In this document: positions 1 through 9,121 of the stretch, piece by piece
Layout: each line of letters opens with the position of its first letter
Position numbering within the stretch: position 1 is the first letter of the stretch
Origin: an uncultured Acidobacteriota bacterium
GTDB lineage: Bacteria > Acidobacteriota > Vicinamibacteria > Vicinamibacterales > 2-12-FULL-66-21
Length of the DNA: 64,000 nt
Reading direction: 5' to 3'
Assembly (NCBI GenBank): GCA_963810305.1
Contig: CAWEMY010000019.1
Span: 140,603-204,602 of the forward strand
Notes under the pieces: generated by a model
Databases searched by the model: none
The model's input: only the letters and a program-made list of their open reading frames with translations
Told to the model about the DNA's origin: nothing
Position numbers and translations under genes: made by a program

Positions 1-22
1 GTGCATCCGAATAGCCATCCGA

Positions 23-958
23 TCACACCGCGCGGCGTGCTGGCCCGGCATTCTGCGCGCTCTCGGGCGACGCCGTCTCGTCGCGAGGAGCTTCGCCGCG
101 CTCGTCCCACACATCGGCTTCCGCGATCGCACGGATCTCCGGTTTGTTCCGCGCCTCGCGTACGAACTCCGATCGCGGATCCGCAAAGCCCCACTCGCGG
201 ACGTCGATGGTGAAACTGAATCGGGAGATCATCGGGCCGCGCGTGAAGTCGACATCCTCCTCTTCGCGGGCGAATTCCTCGCGCGCGAGTCCCATCAGAT
301 GTTCCGGCACCCACGCCGGGATGTTGCTCTTGTACCCCGGATACACGTAGGTGAACATCAGCACCTGCGACAGAAGCAGCGGCCAGTTCGGCCCAACCCG
401 ATCGACGAGCCGACGCCAGTCCAGCGCATCACCGAGACACAGAATCAGATGGACGATGTCGGACATGTCGTGGCGATGGCGCTCGCTGATGAACAGACGA
501 TGCCAGATGAGTTCCTCCGCGGGAGCGATGCGCACCGGAGTCGCCGCCAGAATGCTTTGATGGCTGTTCTGAATCCATCCATCATCGATGAACGAAATGC
601 CGTTGCCCATTCCATAGATCAGATCAACGAAGTACTCCCCCATCGTCGCCTTGGCGAGCCAGTGCTCATCCTCGAGCCGCGTCACGAAACCGACCTCCCG
701 AAGCGCCTGGGCCGCGGCCACTACCGCCGACGGCTGGAAGAAGAGATCGAGGTCCTTCGTCTTGCGGTAGATGCCGGTGTGCTCGTAGATCGCGTACGCA
801 CCGGCAACGACATACGGGATTTCTGCGGCATTCAGCGCCTCGAGGGCGCGTCTATAGACGTCCCGCTCGGCGTCGGGAATCCAGAAATCGCCATGCGTCA
901 GCGACTTCCGCTCTTCGGGGGTGATCCGCCTCGGGCGGCGGCTCCTCGGATTTGGCAA
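23..958 (-). CDS. uncharacterised nucleotidyltransferase-family protein
   Basis: 311-aa ORF. The N-terminal 'VVAGAYAIY...KDLDLFF' resembles the G[SA]...DxD signature of pol-beta-fold nucleotidyltransferases. No closer family recognised. Confidence 0.45.
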   Translation of the reverse strand: MPNPRSRRPRRITPEERKSLTHGDFWIPDAERDVYRRALEALNAAEIPYVVAGAYAIYEHTGIYRKTKDLDLFFQPSAVVAAAQALREVGFVTRLEDEHWLAKATMGEYFVDLIYGMGNGISFIDDGWIQNSHQSILAATPVRIAPAEELIWHRLFISERHRHDMSDIVHLILCLGDALDWRRLVDRVGPNWPLLLSQVLMFTYVYPGYKSNIPAWVPEHLMGLAREEFAREEEDVDFTRGPMISRFSFTIDVREWGFADPRSEFVREARNKPEIRAIAEADVWDERGEAPRDETASPESAQNAGPARRAV

Positions 959-1115
959 TGATTACCTCGTCAGTGGCCGCACGTTTTGCGGTGTTCTGCG
1001 CTGCGACAGCAACACTCGCGCCAGATGAGGCTGGCTTAGCGATCTGCAAGCAACGCCTCGTCGCGGACGGCGACGGGAGATCCAAATAACGCGAAGCTCG
1101 TTGTAGAGTGGTGAA

Positions 1116-1415
1116 ATGACGACCGCGGATGATCGAAAAGCGGCCGAAACCCGGATTCAGGACCTCATTGCCCTCGTTCAGCAGCAGCCGGAGAGCGATC
1201 TGAGCAACGCGTTGATCGAGGAATGCGAAGCGCTGGCCCGGGCCGTGGCGGCGTTCCACATGGAAGGCATCCGGTTCCGCAGCTATAACGTGGACCGGTT
1301 GCTGCGCCGTCCGGAGCTGCACCTCCCGCCGGCGGCCGCCGAAGCGTTCGCGGACATGCGGCGTTCGCTCGAGGCGGCCGGCTTCCACACCCGATCGCAC
1401 CAGGCTCCTTCGTAA
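1116..1415 (+). CDS. hypothetical small protein
   Basis: 99-aa ORF divergent from the NTase gene, with protein-like composition. No motif recognised. Confidence 0.3.
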   Translation: MTTADDRKAAETRIQDLIALVQQQPESDLSNALIEECEALARAVAAFHMEGIRFRSYNVDRLLRRPELHLPPAAAEAFADMRRSLEAAGFHTRSHQAPS

Positions 1416-1470
1416 GGGTGACGGTCGCGGTGGCACACAGCCGTTCTGGCGTTTACAATATGACTATCCG

Positions 1471-1851
1471 ATGAAATTGAAGCCCCTTGCCGATATCGCT
1501 GCGCTCGACGCGGCTATTGCCGAGTCGCGCCAGCGGCCCGTGCTACTTTTCAAGCACAGCCGTCATTGTGGCATCAGCTGCGAAGCCCTCGACGAGCTGA
1601 ATGCCCATCTCTCCGAGGCCGGGGTGGAAGCCTCCTACAACCTCATCACCGTCCAGAGTCATCGTCACGTGTCTGACGAAGCCTCCGCCCGGCTCGGGGT
1701 CCGTCACGAAACGCCACAGGCGATCCTGCTGCGTGACGGCCGTCCGGTCTGGAATGCGTCGCATTTCCGTATTACGGCGGACGCCCTGCTCGCGGGCGGT
1801 TCAGCGTCGGTCCAGCCCTCAGGGCTGGCGCCGTTCGATGGGCAGCCCTAA
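1471..1851 (+). CDS. ytxJ: YtxJ-like monothiol thioredoxin-fold protein (bacillithiol-system type)
   Basis: 126-aa ORF with 'LLFKHSRHCGIS' (single-Cys xCxxS motif) and the overall YtxJ/DUF2847 layout. The last ~15 codons are encoded by the REP array. Confidence 0.55.
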   Translation: MKLKPLADIAALDAAIAESRQRPVLLFKHSRHCGISCEALDELNAHLSEAGVEASYNLITVQSHRHVSDEASARLGVRHETPQAILLRDGRPVWNASHFRITADALLAGGSASVQPSGLAPFDGQP

Positions 1852-1897
1852 AGGGCTGGACGCCCTTCGATGGGCAGCCCTAAAGGGCTGGACTACG
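1811..1897. repeat. REP-like palindromic repeat cluster A (3 units, core CCAGCCCT-N-AGGGCTGG)
   Basis: Three tandem units '(t/g)cagccct(c/aa)agggctgg' with ~30-bp period. The same family occurs at 14461, 41617 and 51716. Confidence 0.9.
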
Positions 1898-2604
1898 GCG
1901 TCCTCGAAGATCAGCGACAGAAGCTCCGGTGTCGGCTCGAGCGAGGTGATCACCGCGACCTCATCCCGCATTCCGCATCCCGCATCCCGCGGATTGAACC
2001 AGATTGCTCTGATTCCCGCAGCCGCCGCGCCGAGCACGTCAGCATCCCACGAATCCCCGATCATCACTGCTTCCTGCGGACGGCAGCGCAGTCGATCGAG
2101 GACGATTTCGAAGATGCGCGGATCAGGCTTCGAAATCCCCGCTTCCTCGGAGACGACGAGAACATCGACGTACTGATCGAGCTCGCAGCAGCGCAGCTTG
2201 TCCTGCTGCTCCTCGAGCAGATTGTTCGACACGATCCCAACCTTCGCGCGTTCCCTGACCTTCATCAACAGCGCCGCTGCCCCACTCACTGCACGACGCT
2301 CCGCGAGATAGCGCTGCCGGTAACTCGCGGCTGCGCGAGAAGCCAGCTGCTGTGCCGCGTCGACACCGGCCACGGCAAACAACCGCCGGAAGCGCTCCGT
2401 TCTCGCCGCGTCCAGATCCAGACGACCGATCATCACCTCGCGGTGGAGCTCTTCAAGAATGTCACCGTGCGAACGCTCGAGTGCAGCCGCAGTAATCGGC
2501 GCGAAGCACTCGTGTGACGCGCGCACATCCTCGAGAGCCGCCCGCGCGCAGTGGCTATGGTCGAACAGCGTGTCGTCGAGATCGAAAAGGACCGCTCGAA
2601 TCAT
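1819..2604 (-). CDS. HAD-IA family hydrolase
   Basis: Starts 'MIRAVLFDLDDTLFD' (HAD motif I DxDxT). Has a later 'VSNN' and 'IGDSWDADVLGAAAAG' (motifs III/IV). The C-terminal ~25 aa are translated from the REP array. Confidence 0.8.
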   Translation of the reverse strand: MIRAVLFDLDDTLFDHSHCARAALEDVRASHECFAPITAAALERSHGDILEELHREVMIGRLDLDAARTERFRRLFAVAGVDAAQQLASRAAASYRQRYLAERRAVSGAAALLMKVRERAKVGIVSNNLLEEQQDKLRCCELDQYVDVLVVSEEAGISKPDPRIFEIVLDRLRCRPQEAVMIGDSWDADVLGAAAAGIRAIWFNPRDAGCGMRDEVAVITSLEPTPELLSLIFEDAVVQPFRAAHRRASSPLGLPIERRQP

Positions 2605-2630
2605 GGCTGAGGCGGCTTCGCCGCCGTGCC

Positions 2631-2717
2631 AACTCCAAACTCCTAACCTCTAACTCCAAACAGTTTTGTAAGTCTCTGGAATTAGGAATTTGACGAGTTA
2701 GGAGTTAGGAGTTAGAC
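2631..2717. repeat. imperfect hairpin built from CTCCTAAC / GTTAGGAG words
   Basis: Left arm 'aactccaaactcctaacctctaactcc', right arm 'gagttaggagttaggagttag'. Complementary blocks of 9 and 6 bp are separated by a ~35-nt loop. Lies between the purA stop and the HAD start. Confidence 0.7.
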
Positions 2718-2721
2718 GTTG

Positions 2722-4014
2722 TCAGGGAGCGAACCATTTCGCCGCGACTGACTCCTGTCGAATAATCGTGTCCTCGCGCGCCGAGCCGGTGGAGATGATC
2801 GCCGCCGGAACGCCGGTGATCTCCTCGAGCCGCGAGACATACGCGCGCGCTTCCCGCGGGAGATCGTCGTACCTGCGGACGCCTGCGGTCGGCGACGTCC
2901 AGCCGGCGATGCTTTCGTACACCGGCTCGCAGGCTGCGAGCTGCGCGACATCGCCGGGCATCTCGGTGAGGCTCTCGCCGTGAATGCGATACGACGTGCA
3001 GACCTGCAGCTCGGGAAGCCCGTCGAGGACGTCGAGTTTGGTCAGCGCCAGCGCGTCGAGGCCATTTACCCGGACCGCGTATCGCACCGCCACCGCGTCG
3101 TACCAGCCGCACCGTCGAGGACGTCCGGTCACCGCACCGAATTCCTGTCCGCTCTCGCGCAGCCGGTTCCCGAGTTCTCCCGTCAGCTCGGAGGGCAGCG
3201 GTCCTTCACCGACGCGGGTCGTGTAAGCCTTCGCCACACCCAGGACGCCGTCGATGGCCCGCGGCGGAACACCGAGACCGGTGCAGACGCCTCCGACCGT
3301 GGCATTTGAAGACGTCACGTACGGGTATGTGCCGTGATCGATGTCGAGCAGCGTCCCCTGCGCCCCCTCGAACATGATCGGACGGCCCGCGGCACGTGCA
3401 CGGGAGAGGAACAGGGACACGTCGGTGACCCAGGGCGACATCCGCACCCAGGCGGCCTGCAGCTCGTCGAGCACCCTGGCCGGGTCCATCGTCGTATCCC
3501 CGATGATCCGGTTGCGCGCGGCGACGTTGTGCTCCACGGCCTCGCGCAATGCTTCGCGGTTGGCGAGGTCGCCGACCCGTACACCGCGGCGCGCGATCTT
3601 GTCTTCGTACGCCGGACCAATCCCGCGCGTTGTCGTCCCGATCTTTCGCTCGCCGCGCCGGGCCTCGCTCAAGAGATCCAGCTCGCGGTGATACGGCAGG
3701 ATCAGGTGCGCCTTATCGCTGATGATCAGCCTGTCGCCGATCGTCACACCTGCGGCAGACACCTCGTCGATCTCCGCGAAGAGCGCCTGCGGATCGACGA
3801 CGACACCGTTGCCGATGACGCAGGTGATGCCGTTGTGAAGAATCCCCGAGGGCAGGAGGCGCAGCACGAACTTCCGACCGTTGGCGTAAACGGTGTGCCC
3901 GGCGTTATGGCCGCCCTGATAACGGCACACGACGGAGAAGTTTGGCGTGAGCAGGTCGACGATCTTCCCTTTGCCTTCGTCTCCCCACTGTGCGCCGAGC
4001 ACTGCGATGTTCAT
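2722..4014 (-). CDS. purA: adenylosuccinate synthase
   Basis: 430 aa, starting 'MNIAVLGAQWGDEGKGKIVD', the canonical PurA P-loop. Full-length collinearity. Confidence 0.95.
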   Translation of the reverse strand: MNIAVLGAQWGDEGKGKIVDLLTPNFSVVCRYQGGHNAGHTVYANGRKFVLRLLPSGILHNGITCVIGNGVVVDPQALFAEIDEVSAAGVTIGDRLIISDKAHLILPYHRELDLLSEARRGERKIGTTTRGIGPAYEDKIARRGVRVGDLANREALREAVEHNVAARNRIIGDTTMDPARVLDELQAAWVRMSPWVTDVSLFLSRARAAGRPIMFEGAQGTLLDIDHGTYPYVTSSNATVGGVCTGLGVPPRAIDGVLGVAKAYTTRVGEGPLPSELTGELGNRLRESGQEFGAVTGRPRRCGWYDAVAVRYAVRVNGLDALALTKLDVLDGLPELQVCTSYRIHGESLTEMPGDVAQLAACEPVYESIAGWTSPTAGVRRYDDLPREARAYVSRLEEITGVPAAIISTGSAREDTIIRQESVAAKWFAP

Positions 4015-4037
4015 AACCGCTGTATTCTACCTGCTCG

Positions 4038-5555
4038 ATGGTGCTTCTCGATGGGAACTCGCTCACGATCGAATCGCTTCTCGACGTGGCCGACGGTTAC
4101 GCCGAGGTAAGTCTCACGCCTGACGCGCGGCGTCGCGTCGACCTCGCCCGCTCCGTGGTGGATCGCATGGCGGCCGGCGACGCGCCGGTGTACGGCATCA
4201 ATACTGGATTTGGCGCACTTGCCGAGACGCCAATTCCCCGCGAATCGCTCGGTGCGCTGCAATCGAACCTTCTTCGCAGTCATGCCGCCGGCGTCGACGC
4301 TCCGCTGCCCGACCGCGCAGTCAGAGCGTCGATGGCATTACGGGCAAACGTTCTTGCGAAAGGCTTTTCGGGGATTCGGCTGGAGACACTCGATCTACTC
4401 CTCGCGATGCTCAATCGCCGCGTGCATCCCGTGGTGCCGAGCCGCGGATCGGTCGGCGCGAGCGGCGACCTTGCTCCGTTGGCGCACCTGTCGCTCGTGC
4501 TGATCGGTGAAGGGGATGCAAGTGTCGCGGGCGGGGTCGTCCAGCCTGGCGCCTCCGCGCTTGCGGCTGCCGGGCTCAACCCCGTGACACTGGCGCCCAA
4601 GGAAGGGCTCGCCCTCATCAACGGCACGCAGCCGTCCACCGCCGTCGCGGCGCTCGCCTGTGCGTCTGGCGACATGCTGGCCAGATGTGCCGATATCGCC
4701 GCGGCGATGTCGCTCGACGCCCTTCGCGGCTCGTTTCGACCGCTCGATCCGCGCATTCACGATGCACGACCGCACGATGGGCAACGGGCGGCGGCGGCCA
4801 ACATGCTCGCGCTCCTCGGCGGCAGTGCGATCAACAAGTCACACGAGGACTGCGGCCGCGTCCAGGACGCCTACTCCCTGCGCTGCGCGCCGCAGGTTCA
4901 CGGCGCCGCGCGCGACGCGCTGTCGTTCGCCCGTCGGACCCTCACGATTGAGGCAAATGCCGCGACCGACAATCCGATGGTCTTCGGTGATGATGATGAG
5001 ATCGTGTCCGGCGGAAATTTTCACGGCGCCCCGATTGGCATCGCAGCCGATCTGGTCGCCATCGCCGTAACCCACCTCGCGACCATCAGCGAACGACGGT
5101 CGGATCGGCTGGTGAATCCAGCGCTCAGTGAACTGCCCGCCTTTCTCACGCCTGACAGCGGCCTGCAGTCGGGCTACATGATGGCTCAGGTGACGGCAGC
5201 GGCTGTCGCATCAGAGTTGAAGACGCTCGCCCATCCGGCATCGGTCGATACGATCCCGACCTCGGCCAATAGAGAGGATCACGTCAGCATGAGCATGGGA
5301 GCGGCGTTGAAAGCGGAACGCGCGGTCACACTCGCCGCACGCGTCATCGCAGTTGAAGTCCTGTGCGCCGCACAGGCGCTCGACCTCCTCGCACCGTTGA
5401 AGACGTCGGGCGCGCTGCAGAAGGTGCACGCATTCGTCCGTTCGATCGCGCCGACACTGACTGCGGACCGTCCGCCATCGCGCGACATCGAGGAGATTTC
5501 GCGCGCATTACTCTCGGGAGCGTTTATTCGCGCATGCGACGCAGAAGTCAAGTAA
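4038..5555 (+). CDS. hutH: histidine ammonia-lyase
   Basis: 505 aa with the MIO-forming '[15 protein letters not shown]' motif. Confidence 0.95.
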   Translation: MVLLDGNSLTIESLLDVADGYAEVSLTPDARRRVDLARSVVDRMAAGDAPVYGINTGFGALAETPIPRESLGALQSNLLRSHAAGVDAPLPDRAVRASMALRANVLAKGFSGIRLETLDLLLAMLNRRVHPVVPSRGSVGASGDLAPLAHLSLVLIGEGDASVAGGVVQPGASALAAAGLNPVTLAPKEGLALINGTQPSTAVAALACASGDMLARCADIAAAMSLDALRGSFRPLDPRIHDARPHDGQRAAAANMLALLGGSAINKSHEDCGRVQDAYSLRCAPQVHGAARDALSFARRTLTIEANAATDNPMVFGDDDEIVSGGNFHGAPIGIAADLVAIAVTHLATISERRSDRLVNPALSELPAFLTPDSGLQSGYMMAQVTAAAVASELKTLAHPASVDTIPTSANREDHVSMSMGAALKAERAVTLAARVIAVEVLCAAQALDLLAPLKTSGALQKVHAFVRSIAPTLTADRPPSRDIEEISRALLSGAFIRACDAEVK

Positions 5556-5637
5556 GAAATTTTGCAATTTCAATTTGACAACGGCTCCGTACGTTTTTAG
5601 ATTTCACCCTTCGCCCCACATCGGTCCGACATCGTCC

Positions 5638-7311
5638 ATGAGCATCATCAGTCGTCACGTCAGCGCCCCGAGAGGCACCGCACGCTCCTGCAAGGCGTGG
5701 CCTCAGGAGGCGGCGCTCAGGATGCTGATGAACAATCTCGATCCGGAGGTCGCCGAGCGTCCCGACGATCTCATCGTCTACGGCGGTAGCGGCCGGGCGG
5801 CGCGCAGCTGGGAGGCATTCGATACGATCGTCGAGACGCTGCGGCGGCTCGAGAACGACGAGACACTCGTCGTGCAGTCGGGCAAACCCGTGGCCGTCTT
5901 CAGAACGCACCCGTGGTCGCCGCGCGTCATCATCGCCAATGCCCTGCTCGTGCCGGCATGGGCGACATGGGACCACTTCCGTGATCTCGAGGATCGCGGC
6001 CTGACGATGTACGGCCAGATGACGGCCGGCAGCTGGATCTATATCGGCACCCAGGGCATCCTGCAGGGCACCTACGAGACTCTCGCGGAGCTCGCGCGCC
6101 GGCATTTTGGCGGCTCGCTGGCCGGGCGCCTGACCGTGACCGCCGGCCTCGGCGGAATGGGTGGCGCGCAGCCGCTGGCCATCACGATGAACGGCGGGAT
6201 TGCGCTGGTCATCGAAGTCGATCCCAAACGCATCGAGCGCCGGCTGGCAACGCGGTACGTCGACGAGCGGGTCTCGCATCTCGACGATGCGCTGCAGCGT
6301 ATTGCGCAGTACCGCCGTGACGGCGTCGCCAGGTCGATTGCACTCGAGGGCAACGCTGCCGATATTCTGCCGGAACTGGTCCGCCGTAACGTCGTACCGG
6401 ACGTGTTGACCGACCAGACCAGCGCGCACGACGCACTCCTCGGGTACGTCCCGGCCGGCATGCCGTTGCGGGAGGCGGACTCGCTGCGTCAGACCGATCC
6501 TGACGAGTACGTGCGCCTTTCTGTGGCCTCGATGGCGATACACGTACGAGCGATGCTGGAGCTTCAGCAGCGCGGCGCGGTCACTTTCGACTACGGCAAC
6601 AACATCCGCGCACAGGCCGAGAAGGGAGGCGTCCAGAACGCCTTCGACATCCCGGGGTTCGTGCCCGAATATATCCGCCCGCTCTTCTGCCGCGGCAAGG
6701 GCCCGTTCCGGTGGGCTGCGCTCTCGGGGGATCCAGCGGACATCGCCGCGACCGACGAACTCGCGCTTCAGATGTTTGCCGACGATGAGCCGCTGTGCCG
6801 CTGGATCCGGCTGGCGGCGGAACGCGTCGCATTCCAGGGGCTCCCCGCTCGAATCTTCTGGCTTGGTTACGGGGAGCGGGCGCGCTTCGGCCTGGCCATC
6901 AACGAGCTGGTGCGTCGCGGTGCGGTGAAAGCGCCGATCGTCATCGGCCGTGATCATCTCGATGCCGGCTCGGTCGCATCCCCCAACCGGGAGACCGAGG
7001 GTATGCGGGACGGCAGCGATGCCATTGCCGACTGGCCGGTCCTCAACGCCCTCCTGAACGCGGCGTCTGGCGCCACCTGGGTCTCGGTGCACCATGGCGG
7101 CGGCGTCGGGATCGGATACTCCCTGCACGCCGGCATGGTGATCGTGGCCGACGGCACGCGTGAAGCGGACGAGAAACTGCAGCGCGTCCTCACGTGCGAT
7201 CCCGGGCTTGGGGTCGTGCGCCACGCGGATGCGGGATATCCTGACGCCATCCAGACGGCACGCGACCGCGGTATCGACATGCCTTCATTGCGCCCCGAGG
7301 GACCTCGATGA
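5638..7311 (+). CDS. hutU: urocanate hydratase
   Basis: '[33 protein letters not shown]' is typical of HutU. The ORF opens at 5575, but the ATG at 5638 gives the conserved N-terminus. Confidence 0.93.
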   Translation: MSIISRHVSAPRGTARSCKAWPQEAALRMLMNNLDPEVAERPDDLIVYGGSGRAARSWEAFDTIVETLRRLENDETLVVQSGKPVAVFRTHPWSPRVIIANALLVPAWATWDHFRDLEDRGLTMYGQMTAGSWIYIGTQGILQGTYETLAELARRHFGGSLAGRLTVTAGLGGMGGAQPLAITMNGGIALVIEVDPKRIERRLATRYVDERVSHLDDALQRIAQYRRDGVARSIALEGNAADILPELVRRNVVPDVLTDQTSAHDALLGYVPAGMPLREADSLRQTDPDEYVRLSVASMAIHVRAMLELQQRGAVTFDYGNNIRAQAEKGGVQNAFDIPGFVPEYIRPLFCRGKGPFRWAALSGDPADIAATDELALQMFADDEPLCRWIRLAAERVAFQGLPARIFWLGYGERARFGLAINELVRRGAVKAPIVIGRDHLDAGSVASPNRETEGMRDGSDAIADWPVLNALLNAASGATWVSVHHGGGVGIGYSLHAGMVIVADGTREADEKLQRVLTCDPGLGVVRHADAGYPDAIQTARDRGIDMPSLRPEGPR

Positions 7312-8483
7312 TGATCCCGGAACGTCCGTCGCTCGAGCGGCGGGTGCTGTCAGCGCTCGACGGCTCCCAGGGGAGCGGAGCCCGTATTCCCGTGCTGCTC
7401 GGTGGCTGCGGCGCAGGCAAATCTTCGGTTCTCCTCCGCCTTCGCGACCTCCTCGGCCGGACGTCGTCGCAGTACATCGATGTCGAGCGCGTCGCGACAA
7501 CCCCCGAACGCTTTCTAAAGACGGTGCGCGACGCCTCCACCTTCCCTGCCCATCCGTACGGTGGGGACGCCACCAACGGCGGAGGCGCGCGTGAGGCGTT
7601 CGACGCGTGGCTCGCGTTCCTCGATACCTCACGAGCGCCCGGTAATGCTCCGGCGACGTTCCTGCTGGATGAATTCCTCGAGCTGCGGACGTTCGAAAGT
7701 TTCCCAGGGCTTCGCGCGGTGCTGCGTGATCTGGTTGGCATGCTGGCGGCGAGTGGCAACCGGTTCGTGCTCACCACTCGATACGTCGCGCGGGCGCACC
7801 GATTGCTTCGCGATGCGCCGTCCCAGTTCGAAATCATTCACGTCGCCCCCTTGTCGCACGCCGAAATCCGCGCCACGGTCACCTCCGGCCACGAGATGCA
7901 CGACAAAGAGGACGACCAGACGCGTGAGGACCTGGTGCGCCTCGTCCACGCGCTGTCAGACGGCCGCCCGGCATACGCGCGATTGATCGCGGAGATGGCG
8001 GCGGTTATGGACGCGCGCGGCACTCACGATCCGGTGAGCGCGTTGGCTGCGCTCCTGGCGCCAGGAGGCGCCCTCTCGAACGCGTGCCGTTTCTGTTACG
8101 AGCTGCGCCTCCACCGCGCGCGCGGCTACGGCGCGCTGAAGGCAATCCTCGACGTGCTTGCCGAGGAGGAACCGCTCACGCTCACCGAGGTCGCCCTCCG
8201 CCTTCGCCGCACACCAGGCTCCACCAAGGACTACCTGTCGTGGCTCGAGGACGTCGACCTGATCGTCTCTCGGCAGAAGCGTTACAGCTTTGCCGACCCG
8301 ATGCTGCGCCTGTGGGTTCGGCTGCACTGCCGCCCGACCCCCCCGGGCGACGAAGAAATCGCCCGCGAGGTACACGCGTACGTCCTCTCGCATCTGCCGA
8401 TGGCTGAGCCCGCCCCCGCGCCCGCCCTCGCGCTCTCCACGCGTGAGACCGACAAGTCCTGGGGAATCATCGAAATCGACTAG
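7308..8483 (+). CDS. AAA-type ATPase with C-terminal winged-helix-like domain (archaeal-ATPase/DUF234-like)
   Basis: Walker A 'GGCGAGKSS' and Walker B 'FLLDEF'. The C-terminal '[30 protein letters not shown]' is wHTH-like. The start overlaps the hutU stop (ATGA). Confidence 0.6.
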   Translation: MMIPERPSLERRVLSALDGSQGSGARIPVLLGGCGAGKSSVLLRLRDLLGRTSSQYIDVERVATTPERFLKTVRDASTFPAHPYGGDATNGGGAREAFDAWLAFLDTSRAPGNAPATFLLDEFLELRTFESFPGLRAVLRDLVGMLAASGNRFVLTTRYVARAHRLLRDAPSQFEIIHVAPLSHAEIRATVTSGHEMHDKEDDQTREDLVRLVHALSDGRPAYARLIAEMAAVMDARGTHDPVSALAALLAPGGALSNACRFCYELRLHRARGYGALKAILDVLAEEEPLTLTEVALRLRRTPGSTKDYLSWLEDVDLIVSRQKRYSFADPMLRLWVRLHCRPTPPGDEEIAREVHAYVLSHLPMAEPAPAPALALSTRETDKSWGIIEID

Positions 8484-8485
8484 GA

Positions 8486-9106
8486 CAGTGGGCAGTAATC
8501 AGTAACCAGTCATCAGTATTCAGTGCTCAATCGGATTGCTGAAAATGCAAACCGGCAGCGGCTCAGACGTTGCTGAAACATCAACGGCTGGGGGTTTGCT
8601 CCGCCGATTTCCTTGTAAATCGCTGGCATGGCATGTGTAGACGCACGCCATGGACAAATACGCCAATCTGAAGAAGAGGACGATGAAATTTGCCCTGGAC
8701 GTGACGCGATTCTGCCGGACCCTGCCACGTCACAACTACGAGGGCTGGCATGTCCAGAGCCAACTGTTTCGAGCTGCCACCGGCACCGCAGCGAACTACC
8801 GGGCCGCTTGTCGTTTCAAGTCGCAGCCCGATTTCATCTCCAAGATCGGCAGCGCGATCGAAGAGGCAGATGAATCGGATTTCTGGCTGGAGTTCTGCGT
8901 GGAGGCGGGGCTTACGAAGCGGGGTTCGGAAACCAAGCTTCGATCAGAGGCGGATGAACTGCTCGCGATCTTTCATCAATCGCGAACGACCGCTCGGGCA
9001 AACCTGGAAGCCGCCGCCAAATCACAGGCTACTTGACCACTGCCCCACAGATTACTGCCCACTGACTACTGATTATTGATTACTGGTTACTGATTACTGC
9101 CCACTG
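8486..9106. mobile_element. IR-bounded cassette carrying a four-helix-bundle gene (IVS-like / MITE-like unit)
   Basis: Perfect 25-bp inverted repeat: 8486-8510 CAGTGGGCAGTAATCAGTAACCAGT and 9082-9106, its exact reverse complement. The interior is visibly less G+C-rich than the flanks. Confidence 0.5.
8650..9036 (+). CDS. four-helix-bundle protein (23S rRNA intervening-sequence protein family)
   Basis: 128 aa. 'FALDVTRFCRTLP...QLFRAATGTAANYRAA...FISKIGSAIEEADESDFWLEF' is the characteristic pattern of this family. Confidence 0.8.
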   Translation: MDKYANLKKRTMKFALDVTRFCRTLPRHNYEGWHVQSQLFRAATGTAANYRAACRFKSQPDFISKIGSAIEEADESDFWLEFCVEAGLTKRGSETKLRSEADELLAIFHQSRTTARANLEAAAKSQAT

Positions 9107-9121
9107 ATTACTGATTACTGA

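Noticed and set aside
1-213. The plus-strand ORF at the window start, and other short ORFs overlapping the 23-958 gene.
   Set aside because: Arg/Pro/Ser-rich shadow frames of the minus-strand nucleotidyltransferase-like gene.
5548-7224. Long antisense ORFs opposite well-supported genes. Examples: 5548-7224 opposite hutU, 31215-33185 opposite the ADOP permease, 50112-51752 opposite korA, 52641-53915 opposite sucC, 55453-56496 opposite sdhA, 62780-63979 opposite pyrG.
   Set aside because: They have Arg/Ala/Gly/Pro-rich, motif-less translations, typical of stop-poor shadow frames in high-G+C DNA. The opposite strand encodes unmistakable conserved enzymes in each case.
8650-9036. The four-helix-bundle protein as the Avd component of a diversity-generating retroelement.
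   Set aside because: No reverse transcriptase ORF and no template/variable repeat pair is detectable in the neighbourhood.
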